Origin: Thalia democratica
Lineage: Eukaryota
Direction: 5' to 3'
Assembly: GCA_965202585.1 (NCBI GenBank)
Contig: OZ241830.1
Location: 26,288,001 to 26,352,000 of the forward strand
DNA length: 64,000 bases
The notes under the pieces: generated by a model
Databases searched by the model: none
Seen by the model: the letters and a program-made list of their open reading frames with translations, nothing else
What the model was told of the DNA's origin: nothing
Part shown: in pieces, positions 26,201 through 38,084 of the stretch
Position numbering within the stretch: the stretch's first letter is position 1
Layout of the letters: every line of letters starts with the position of its first letter
Program-made: the position numbers and the translations under genes

Positions 26201-29200
26201 CCGCACTTCAATCAGAGTAAATTGCACTTACTTACAACTGAACAGTTTAACTACGATGTAAAACCCTCTATTGTGACTGAAATGTTTTTTGATTTTACAA
26301 GGAATTTTTCAAGATTTGTTGTTAATTACAAGACTAACTAGTAAGTTATTAAAATGAGTAGTTTTGATTATTTTAGTAAATATATAGTTATTATTAGTTA
26401 TAACTCATGCTAATACTCGTCAAAATGTTTTAAATGATTATTTACCCACTAAAATACTTTTTATTAAATTTTTAATAGCTAGATGATTATTTGTTAGATG
26501 ATTTTTATACTGTTGTATATATTTGCTAATTCTTTTTAGTTTTACGACCTAGTAGGTTAACTAAGTTTTATAAGTGCTTGCTTAAGTTTATGTAGTTAGA
26601 TAGATTATATAGTGTTATAATATTATGTTATAGTGTTCTCAACGGAAATGAAAGTCAAGTTTACAAACTTTCAAATGACGGATGCGAAATTTTGAAAGAA
26701 AACCCGTTTAAAGAAATACTGTCGTCTAAAAATGGATTTGTGAGTTTAACTTAGAAAAAATATGTGCATTAGTTTGAAATATAACAAAAGTTTTACATAG
26801 AATCTGTGCCGTAATGTTTAATTGTATTCAGTTAAAAAATGGAAAATAATTACAAAGTTATCAAACAAGATAGTAAGGAACACATATTTGAATAAGTAAA
26901 AAAAAACAACATTTAGCTGTTTATACAACCTTTTAAAGGTAGCTATCAACCAGAAGTTAGAATTTCGATAATATTCATTTTAGTTATCTAAGAAAAGTTT
27001 AAACGACCTGTTATCATTTGACGAGTATAAATATGGAGGATCTACTTACATTACGCCTGGAAAAGTATCTGAACTCGTAAAACATTATTTCTTTCAAAGA
27101 TATACAAATTCAAAAGTTTGTTTCTAATTTCTTAAATTGATAGATATTTAAAATTTATATTTAGTTAACGACTAAAAAATTTATTGTCTTTTATAAAGAC
27201 ATTATTTGCTAGAAAGTTTGAAATAGTTTGAAATAGTTCTAGTCATGTTTGTTACTTAAATAGTTTGAGACTTTTTAAAATACACACACTTTTTTGGAAC
27301 AAGTAAAAAAAAATTATAAACCAATTACTTTTTATCAAAACTGAACCTTAGTTAAACATAACAAAATAAAACAAAAATATTTATTAAATCCTTTTTACTT
27401 AGTTTTACTTTTTTTAAAACTCCACATTAATACATACAGGGTGATGTTGTATTAAACAAACTAACAGTGAATCAAAACAAAACATCAGGAGAAATTGTTC
27501 TCTCACAAATCGATCATGGAAGGTTCACTGCAGGGGAAGACGTAAGTTGTAAACTCAGTATTGTTTAAGACACATTTTTGTTATCTAAAAAGTTTTAAGT
27601 CCATCTTGTAAAAATTTAAACAGTAGAACATTTTATAAACATAATACATTTTTTTTAGTTTTTCCTACTTTTAAAGCAGATAAAGCATATATTATGTTGA
27701 AATAACGTTAATTAAAATAATAATAAGATGCAATTGGCTGCAAACACGACTCTGGTGTTAGAAGAAGTAAACACAAATGTTAATGTCGAAGATTTTGACG
27801 TTTCTCAATGCTTTGTGAACAAACCGATGAACTTTTATGTCATTCGGTTTGGTGAAATTGACTACAACGACTTAAGTTTTTTGAGCGAAAATTTCTTAAC
27901 TTTTAAAAGTTAGGTTTCATTAATTGTAACATTAGTATTTAATTTCTTTATGGATTACTTGCTTTTTAATAAAAAAAATCATATTGATCTATCTCTATTG
28001 ATATCTGTGTAAAATAAATATAAATTTTTAGTAATTTTTCCAGAACTACTTATCTCGAAATTAAGCAAGCTTATTGATGTTGACCATCTGAAGATCAATA
28101 AAGACATAAGTTATTATAGACACAGCAAACAGCTTTTTGTCACTTTTTCCATCCTTTGTACTTCTTTTAGTAAGTTTATCGATCAAACTTATCTTTACAT
28201 CAGTTACAGGTTTATATAACACTTTCCTCAGGTTTGTGTTAAAGTCGTTGTTTTAGTTTCGACTAGCTAAAATTAAAGTAAAACAACTGCAACTCTTTGT
28301 TTTTTTTTCTGGCAACGTCCTCGAACTTTGAACGACCAACTACCTTTTAGATCAAAAGTAGTTAAAACATTTTTTTTAAATTAATTACTAGGATATCAAA
28401 GCTTGTAGTATTGTTAATTATAGCAACCTGCCGCTTAGGTACGCACTGTCGATTTACCGGAACTTTGCGCTGCGTTCAAAGTTCATACCTAAGCAACAGG
28501 TTACGGTATAGTTTTAGCTTGGTAAATAAAAAATATTCTGAGTATATTCAACAGTATAAACATGTTAAAATACAAAATAGTAGTAATTTTCTTTTTTTTA
28601 TTTTGTTTATAACAAATGTTTATATATTAAAGTATTTATTTTTTTACTGTTTAAAGGTATAGTCAATTTATAATTGTATAAACTTGTCTAAGTATAGGAT
28701 TTAAAATAGTGCACATAAGTATGTTATGTAAAATATATCTTCTTTAAAATAGCTTGATAATTCAAGTGCTTGGTTATAATTAGTTCATTAAAGTTTTTTT
28801 TTTTACTAAAACACGATATTTATTTAACTTTATACAGCTGAGCTTGAAAACTCGCATTTAGACAAAAAAATTGTTGAAAGTCTAAACAGGGAGCTGATAG
28901 GAGGAAATTTTTTTATCGAAATAATCAATAAAAATACCGTGAGTTGCTTTACATTGCATTATGAAAAAAAATGTGTCGAAAGTTATGATTGATAGAAAAA
29001 TTTATATACAATATTACTATAATACTATAAACTTATTTTTAGTGTTCAGATGACAAATTCAAAAACTTAAACTTTTAAAACTATTTAAAAAACACGCAGT
29101 TACAAAACAACAAAAACTTTAATTTTTAAATTATTTTATTTAAGAAATATTATTAAAATAAAAAGAGTTCAGTTGTAATAAAGTATTTACAATTTTTTTT

Positions 29201-29437
29201 TGTTACTATATTCTTAATTACGATTGCATTTTGTCTTTACAGACTTTAGTGTTGAAAGCAGAAAACGAACCGTTGATTACATCACAAGCTTTTTTCAACT
29301 TGAAAAACCACAGCCCAACAATTCCCGTTGTAATTGCAGTATTTGTTACTTTACTGGTCGTTGTTGTGTTGCTAACTTTAGCATTTGTGTTCAGAAAACA
29401 TTTATATAATATGCAGTTCAATTACAAAGTTTGGTAA
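23272..29437 (+). CDS. Type I membrane glycoprotein, paralogue A (605 aa); probably two LolA/ependymin-like domains plus a membrane-proximal domain
   Basis: 13 phase-consistent exons: 23272-23410, 23723-23890, 24543-24694, 25196-25336, 25700-25805, 26172-26340, 26634-26739, 26984-27115, 27440-27541, 27728-27908, 28044-28169, 28838-28938, 29243-29437 (1818 nt including TAA). Signal peptide MPSVFISFLLFTFALS; TM IPVVIAVFVTLLVVVVLLTLAFVF; tail RKHLYNMQFNYKVW. Fold assignment is inference. Confidence 0.9.
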
Positions 29438-30224
29438 AAAGGGTCTGTATAGCTTTTTCTTTTTTTTCTTTTTCTGATTAATTTCTTTGTTCTCATTTAC
29501 TTGCTATCTGTTCTAATAAAATGATTAAAATTACAGGTTTTATGTATTTTGAAACTTAAATTAAATTTAAACAAGTATACATTTTAAAAATGTTCTCAAC
29601 ATTAATAAAACTTATTTGCATTATACTGTTATTACTGAAAAATCGTGACGACTCGTTTAACATTTTTGGTGCCAATAACTTATATAATATTTAATAATTC
29701 TGTAGGTTATTAGCCATGAAACATCATTTTTCATTATTTAAGTGTTTACCAACATCTGGGTTGTGTGTAAATAAATAATATTACAAAATATAACAAACGT
29801 AAATAGTCTTTAAAGTTTAAAATTTAATATGAATATATAAATTTAATTTAAATCTTAACTTTTATGTTGCAGTTTAAAATGATCAATATACAATAACCAT
29901 GTTTCACATTGATTAATAAAAGTATTTCAGAAACCGGTTTTGTTTACTAAAAATCTCACTTGTTGTGTATTTAATTATCTTATTGATCTCAAAATGCCAA
30001 TTACAGAAAAGTAAATACTAAGGAATATGAGTTTTGTGAAAATTTGTTTTACTGATCGTCAAACCAACCTTACATAAGAAACTTAGTTTTTAGAACGACT
30101 TGTCATTTTCTAACGTTAAAAAATTTAATAAAAAAAGCTAAACGAAGTGGACTGCTGATACAAGATTGACCGACCCAAGGGCTAAACATTTATCTAAAAA
30201 TTTAAACTGAAGATCATTGTAAAC

Positions 30225-30496
30225 CAGGAGTCGGTAAACTGCGGTCGCGGTTTAATCTTAAACTTATACTTATAAAACAATGAAAACAGTTTCAATGTAA
30301 AAACCTCCATATAGGCTTTTAGTTTAACATTTATTAGTTATTTTCGTTCCCCTATTTTAGTTTGAAGAATATATTTATATTGATTACTACAAATATGTAG
30401 TAATCAATATAAAGCGGCCCGCGGACGACTTTCTGATATACAGTGCGGCCCGGACACTAGTAAAATTGTCGACTTATAAAAGGCGGCCGACCTCTG
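30225..30496. mobile_element. Degenerate hAT-type MITE between the two paralogues
   Basis: Imperfect TIRs CAGGAGTCGGTAA... / ...GCCGACCTCTG; flanks TTGTAAAC and GTGTAAAA (6/8 match, decayed 8-bp TSD); subterminal GCGGCC motifs. Confidence 0.7.
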
Positions 30497-30533
30497 GTGT
30501 AAAATAATGTTTCACAAAAATATAAAACGAATA

Positions 30534-30541
30534 TGACGTCA
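30534..30541. promoter_or_regulatory. CRE palindrome TGACGTCA about 1.1 kb upstream of paralogue B
   Basis: Sequence match only. Confidence 0.25.
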
Positions 30542-31678
30542 GCAAAACAAAATAAAAATTACAAATAAAATTTGTTGCTATGTTACATATTAAGAAACAC
30601 TCTCAAAAAACAAGAAACCTTCTCATTTTATCTAGTTTTTGTTGTTAATCAGTATTTTTACTTTTTTTTGCAGTAATTAAAGTGAAGTTTTTAGTGTTAT
30701 TAAAATCTTAATTATTGATATAAAGTGTTTTGGTTTTATAACTACTTACTTTACAATGAACTGCTATTTTACAACTATATAAAGCTTCAAACATTAAAAA
30801 AACATTAAAGCTACGTCCTTTTTTTTATAAAACTTTCTTGTGTTATCAGTTATAAATTACTATGATTAAAAAAGCTTATATAATATTAAACACTAAAACT
30901 AAAGTCTTCATACTGAATATGTAAAATATAATCAGTAAGTTTTGTTCATAAGCGAAAACATTTAATTAGTTGCGTTAGAAGCTGTTGTCCAAATAATGCT
31001 GTTTTCTTATGAAATTTAAGCTTTATACTAATAGTTTTTAACAATAATTGCTATTAATGAAGCAACTTTTGATAAGACTAAAACCATAAAAAATTTTTGT
31101 GTTAAATGTTTTGCAATACAAAACTACTTTAAAAAATATTTGTGTTATAAAACAAGTGATGTGTATTAAAAACTTTGTGTTTGACAAATAAGTTACATTC
31201 ATTTAACATGCGATTTGCTTTGTATATAAAATATTAAGGAAAAAACACTAGATAATACTAATTTTTTTAACGTATATACTTAGTTTTGATGCGATATTAA
31301 AATTTTTCAAGTTGTTTTTGATAAATTGAAAAACAATCAGTTTTATTTTGCTAGTTCTTTCACTTAATAAAATAAAATCTTTAATTTGTTTTATTGATAG
31401 CTTTATAAAGCGATTAACTTAATTCAGCTATTTCTTATTGTTAAATGTTTAACAGCAATTTGCTTATTCACTTGTTAGTGTAGTCCGAAACTTTATAACT
31501 AAATTCAAATCGGTATCTTTTTACATCTGACTTTTTTAATACACATATTTAGTCTTTTACAAAACATTTATTCATAAGGTTTTAAAATATTGAGTCGATA
31601 AAAAAAAATTCAAAAGAAAGTAATGTGTTTTTAAATTACCTTAAATACCTAATGTTTAGATATTTTTTAGAAGCAAAA

Positions 31679-34600
31679 ATGTTGAGATTGATAATTACGT
31701 TTTGTCTTTTCATTTGTGCTTTGTCACTAGAGTGTCCTTCAAGATTTGAAAAGGCAGATTCGAAAATTCCGTTTTTGTATGAAAGTTATTACTTTGAAGT
31801 GGATAAAAAATTGGATGCTTCAACTCAAGGAAAAGGTTATTTAAAACAAAAAATAATCTTCAGCATCTTTTAGACAAAGATACTTATTAGTTTTAAAAGA
31901 TTAATTTTTATTTAAGCTAAAATTCTAACGAAGCAAATAATTATAATAAAAAATAAGTTTAAACTTTTAAACAAACATTTCTTAGTAAATTAGCTTTAAA
32001 AATTTTATAAACTTAATTTAAAATAAGCAATTTTGAGTAAAAATTACCTTTTCAAGTAAATTATATTTATGAAAAATAATATTTTTAACACTTTTTATTA
32101 TCAATTTTTAAAATATTATTTTTATTAATTTAATAGTCCTTGATTTCTTTTAACTTTTTTCAAGCTAAAACTAAAATCAAATAAATTTAATTAAATTTTT
32201 TCTAAACTTACTTAGCTAAAGCAAATACTTAACAAATTATACTCAAAAGCTAAACCGTTTAATAGTAAAGAAAATTATTCAGCGAAGTTAATTTAGTGCT
32301 AAACATTTTCAAAAGGTTATATACTTTTTGTACTCTTCACATGTTTAATATAAGACATTAATAGTTTTTAAGAACATAGATTTTTATAATCTTCATGGAA
32401 TAATGTTTGTCTTAAATATATTTCAGATTGGTCAAAAACAATAGCGTCCGCAATTATTACAAAAGACTCGAAGAACAATAGAAAAAGCACAATATTAAAG
32501 CCACCGAGTCAATATAAGACAAAAATCCAGTATACAGACGATTATGATTACAAGCAACAATTCCGCCTAAAATACAACTATTTTGAGTCTAACGGTATGT
32601 TTATTTCTAAAACGATTTAATTTTGTATAAAGCTAATATATTACGTTACGAAATTTAAGCTTATTTTTTTTTACTATTTATTAAGCTTTCTTAAAAGTCT
32701 TGGAGCAAATTAGTAGAGTTCACCAAAGTAAAAATTTAAAGCTTTAGTAAATATTTTGGTGATTTTTTTGAAATAACTGTATACTGTATGAAAATGCATT
32801 CATATCACAAGCTTATAACAGGATAATTAACAAAAAGTTGAAATCAGTAATTTTTTTTTAGCTAAATAATATTTAAAAACCTTTTTACTAACATTTTATG
32901 ATAGATATTATTTATTATTATTATTATAATTATAATTTGATAGGTATTACTATTTTGTTCTAGTTATGTGTCTGTAGTGTTTTAAATACTTATACTGGAG
33001 CTTTAACATCATAAAAATCTTTAATTTTTTTTTGTTAGTTAGACTAAAGCTAAAGAATATAAATCATTCTCATCAACACTCAGCAAGTTTAAAAACAAAT
33101 TGTTCTTGACTAAAAAAGTATAACTTTACTAAACTTACTCCTACCACGTATTCTGCAAAACAGTCACAGATTAATAAGTAAATGAGGTAAAAACATTTCG
33201 TTTTCAGCTCAGCTCGGCGTGAACTCAACGTGCGCGGTGAGCGATTTGGAAAGCGACAAATCAACGATGTTTCACCACGACATCGACGACACTTTGAGCA
33301 CGAGCAGTGACGTCGGGTTCTTCTTCAATCAAGAGTATCCTGCCATCAAAACTGTTAGTTTATTAGTGTTTTCATTCTTTTTTTTTAAAGTTGTATGAGA
33401 GGAAAGTTTAAAGTTGTCTTCAAACAGTTTACATTAAAATTATATAATCAAATAAAAAGCTACCTATAGTTTGTTATTTTACAATTATTAAATGCTTTCA
33501 CAATGACCTTTTAGTAAAGACCTTTAAACTATTCGGCTATGTTTTAAGTTTTTAAAATTGTTATCAGAAAATAAAGTTATCTAATTATACAAAAAACAAA
33601 AAGTTACTTGGTAAACGGTATCTAACTTAATTTGAACATGTTGATATCAACTAAGTTTTTAATTTTTTAATTGCTTGTTCTACAACTTTTAGTTAATTTA
33701 CTTTTACAATAAATATACAATATACAGCAAAACGACACACACAAAACAATTTCCTATGAAACTTGCATTCTCTTCAACAACAAAAGTGTCATGTACAACG
33801 TAAAAGTTAATTATGGACAAGTATTTTGGTTTTTCTCCACAAAGTACCAGATTAAATCAGTTAATATCGACGTTAGTTTGAATACAAAAAATATTTTTTT
33901 TATACATTAAGTATAAAATATATAACAAAAAAAGTTTTTTGGTAAATTTTAAATTTTTTTACACAATTTAAAATTTATTTTGGTTTTAGTGTACGTAATA
34001 ATAAACAAAGGACACTGATAAAAATGGTAAAAAGTTCAAGCTGTACAAAATCCAATTAGTTACAAAAACATCCGCTAACACATTATCACAATAATAGAAC
34101 ATTTTTCTAGGCATCTTTACCCGACGGGCAGAAAAGATCATTGACTTTTTATATCAAAAACTATCTAGAGTTGACCCATATTGCACTGAAAAATCCAACA
34201 AACATTATATGTGAAGGTTGTTTGCTATTTTATAGCGTATATCACTTATTATTATTATTTATTTGACATAAGTTTTATGTATAGTAATTTAATTGGAAAA
34301 TTAAAAATAGTTGTAAATTTTACTTGTTGTTTGAAAATATCTAAGGCAAAACAATAAAGTTAAAAGTCCAAGTGAATCTTGAAAAAGTTGACAAAAATAC
34401 TCTTATACTTCAAAAAAAAATGAACATGATCGTATTTAAAATTTAGGTCTTAGCTTGAGACTTCTTACTTACAATTCTTCCTTGCAATTACTTAATCTGA
34501 CGCTTTTGTACCGATATGGTTTGTTAAAAAACAGTTGGAAACAAAATTTACCTAATTTGTGTTATGATAAATAATCTTTTACAACGTATCACTGTTAATT

Positions 34601-37600
34601 TAACTAAACTTCTAATTATAAGTCTAACAAGGCTCATACTTTTTCAGGAAGAAAAGACGTTCCAAATTTTCAACTGCCACATCTGAACAACGACAGATTG
34701 CATTTACTAGTAACTGAACAATTCCAATACAACGTGAGGTCTCCGATCGTTACTGAAATATTTTTTGACTTTGCAAAAAACTTATCAAGATACAATATTA
34801 ACTACAAAACTGATTAGTAAGTTGAAGTTGTAATTAGAAGTTTTAAAGTTGTTAAATGTTATAATAGTTATTAAACTGATATAGTAATTCCCAAACTAAG
34901 AGGACGATATTTGTTTAGTTTTTATAACGTTTATAAATTGTTGACTTATTAGTTAAAATACTAAATAATATTATCTTCCCTTTTTAGGTTATTTTGAAAG
35001 TGTAATGTATTAATTTTTAGAGAACTTAAAGAAACTTTGAAATCAAGTATTGCGACTAAAAAATTTATCATAAAGAGCTGTTATAACCAAAATTAGAATT
35101 TTGTAATTAATTCTATAATGCACTTAGTAATTTAAACTTGCAGCTTTTTTAACTAGCTTATATGTTTTTTTTCTTTTAAATGTAACATGTCACTTTAAAC
35201 TTTTAACATCATAGTGTTAAAGCTAAATAAGTAATTTATTAAATGTTTTAAAAAAACACAACTTTTGGCATTAAAAAACTCAATCCTTGAATACTAAAGT
35301 ATAGATGATCTAAATACGTATAAATGGCTAAGACCTTTCATCACTCTATTTGTTTTACAGTGTTAAAAATGGAAATAAAAATCAAGTTTACCAGTTATCA
35401 AAAGATAGGTGTGAAGTTATAAAAGAAAATGCGTTAAAAGAAATGCTATTTTCTGGTGAAAGTATTGTTAGTTATTTTTAAAAAATAATCAAAAAATAGA
35501 ACATTTTTATAAAATGATAAGATAACCTAACTATCTAACAATTTAGAGTTTTATAAGATAATGTTTTGAAAACAATATCTTATAAATGGTATAAAACAAA
35601 CGAATTATTAGATAATTTTTAGACTTATAGTTTAAAATATTTTTTATCATATTACTTTTTAAAAACACAAGATTTTCTAAAGTTTTGTAACATTAGATAT
35701 AACATGAAAGCTTTGGTTAAATAAACACGGTGAACAAAATTTCTAGAAGATAAATTTATACGAAAAAAAGAAAAGTTAAAAAAAATATGACATTTTAAAA
35801 ACAGTTATCTCTGGAAAGTATGATTGAACTATTTTCTTTTGATAATTACAAGTATGGAGGCTCATTTGAATACAAAATAACATACAAAAAACCTGTTCAA
35901 AGCTTTGCAAATTACTATTTCATTCACCAATATTTAGGCTCGAGTGTTAGTTTTCAAACTTGTTTAATTTACATAGTTAAATTACAATATTCAAAAATTA
36001 AAAAGTATGATAGTTATACAATTAAAAATAAAAAACATTTTCAATCGCAAATGACTTTTAAAATATAAAAAGCAAGTCCTAAAAAGTTGTAATAAACAAG
36101 TATTTAAAAAAAGCATTGAGATATTCTTAACCTTGTTTAAAAAAGGAACTAAAAACAATTAAAAATTTATAAACAGGGTGATTTAATTGTTAACAAATTA
36201 ACAGTGGTACAGAATAAAACGTCAGGAATAATTAAACTTTCAAAAATTTACCACAAAAGATTTAATACAAAGGTAAACTTAAGTTGTTGATTTTAATCCT
36301 ATATTTAAATAGTTAATGTACGATTTGTTATACTTATAAGAAAAACTTAAGTTTTCTCAAACTAGTAAACTGTAACAACAAATAGAGCACATGTTTTTAT
36401 AATCAAACTGTTTTTAAAGTACGAAACTCTTACCGATACGACTCTTGAGTTCGAAGAAATAAATACAAATGTACACGATAAAGATTTCGACGTTTCTCAA
36501 TGCTACGTAAATAAACCTCTTGACTTTTTTATTGTTCAACTTGGTGAAATTACTGAAAAAGACATGCTTGTTCTCAGTAAAAACTTTTACAGTTTTAAGG
36601 GTAAGTGTAAATTAACTTTTTTAATTCTTTTTAGTTTTACTTTTAGTTACGTAAATAGCTTATAATGTATAGCCTTGTGCTTATATAAAATATAAACTTA
36701 GTTTATATAAAAAGAACTTTAGTTTTAACATCAAAACCTAATTGTGGTTAAAACTACCAAAATTCTGGTTTACATGCCATTGCATAATTGTCTTTATTTA
36801 GTCTTTCTATAAATATGACTTGATTATTTTTTGTCGTAGAAATATTTGTCTCAAAACTGAACGAACTAATTGATGTTATTCATTTGAAAATAAACAAGGG
36901 TATAAGTTATTATCGACGGAATGGAAAATTGTTTGTTACATTTTCTATCTTATGCACTTCCGATGGTAAGTTTTGGAGATTTTTTATATGTTTGTTTGAG
37001 AAAAGTAAATACTTTTTTTTCTGAACGAATTAAAAATTCGTTTAACTTTTGTTTTATTTGAAAAAAGTATTTTTTCGAAATAGTTTTAAAAATTAGGTAA
37101 ATATATTAAAAAAATTTTGTTTCCAATTAGTGGGTTTAATGTATTTTACTAAATTTTTTTGAAAATTTAATGATTGTATATTTCTCTTTTATATAATAAC
37201 TCATTATACTTATGTACACTACTTAAATTTGTTTTGAATATAAACAAACTACTAATTATTAGAACAAAACAAAAACTAATAAAATAGGATATAAGTATCA
37301 GGATTAAACTCAAAATGTAATTTAAAAAAAATTCTTTATAAACATTATAGTACCAACAACTATTCTTACTGAAAAATTATACATATACCAGATTAAGGTT
37401 TTTTTAAATTAACATACTAAACATTTAATTTTTTCACAGTCATTTTATTTTATCATTATTTTCTCTCACTTTAAATAATTTTTTACATTTATTTTTTAGA
37501 AGATAAAGAAAACATGGTTTTGGATGAAGTTTTTATTAAAACTTTGAATGCAAAACTAGCAAGAAAAAATTTTATAATTGAAATTCCGAGCCAAAATTCA

Positions 37601-38084
37601 GTGAGTTATTAAATATGTAAATAAGTATAAATAAACGTCATTTTAAAAGTTTGAAGTAATACAAAATTCAATTAAAGTAGTGTTACCATTTATGTTACTT
37701 TTTTTTAAATTTTAAAACTATTAAAATTTATAGTTAAATTTACAAATTGAAAACATTTTTCAAATAATTTAATAACTAAAGCTAAAAGTTTTAAATTTTC
37801 ACAAATTAGACAAAAGTTACTTACATTAAACTTTACAGAAAAACAGTTGTACAATGAAACTTTAAACGCTTTTACAGACTTTAGTATTACAAGCAACGAA
37901 CGAACCACTCTTGACTTCAAGGAATATTTTAAATGCAAAAACAACAAACAACTGCAGCCCAACAACTGCAGTGATTATTGCCGTTTTTGTCACTTTACTC
38001 ATTGTTTTAGTAGCGTTATTCTGCGCATTTGTATCTAAGAAATATTATTATACAGGTCAAATTGATTATAAAATCTGGTCTTGA
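31679..38084 (+). CDS. Type I membrane glycoprotein, paralogue B (615 aa), tandem duplicate of 23272-29437
   Basis: 13 phase-consistent exons: 31679-31835, 32427-32594, 33208-33353, 33728-33871, 34111-34216, 34648-34816, 35361-35466, 35805-35945, 36177-36272, 36420-36600, 36840-36965, 37500-37600, 37878-38084 (1848 nt). Same intron positions and phases as paralogue A; shared blocks CPSRF, SSDVGFFFNQ[DE]YPA, ICEGRKD, FDVSQC, LFVTFSILCTS. Confidence 0.9.

Noticed and set aside
37847-38038. 63-aa ORF with Cys-rich end (NNCSDYCRFCHFTHC)
   Set aside because: Alternative frame of paralogue B's last exon; the frame homologous to paralogue A starts at the 37878 acceptor. The same applies to 29224-29409.
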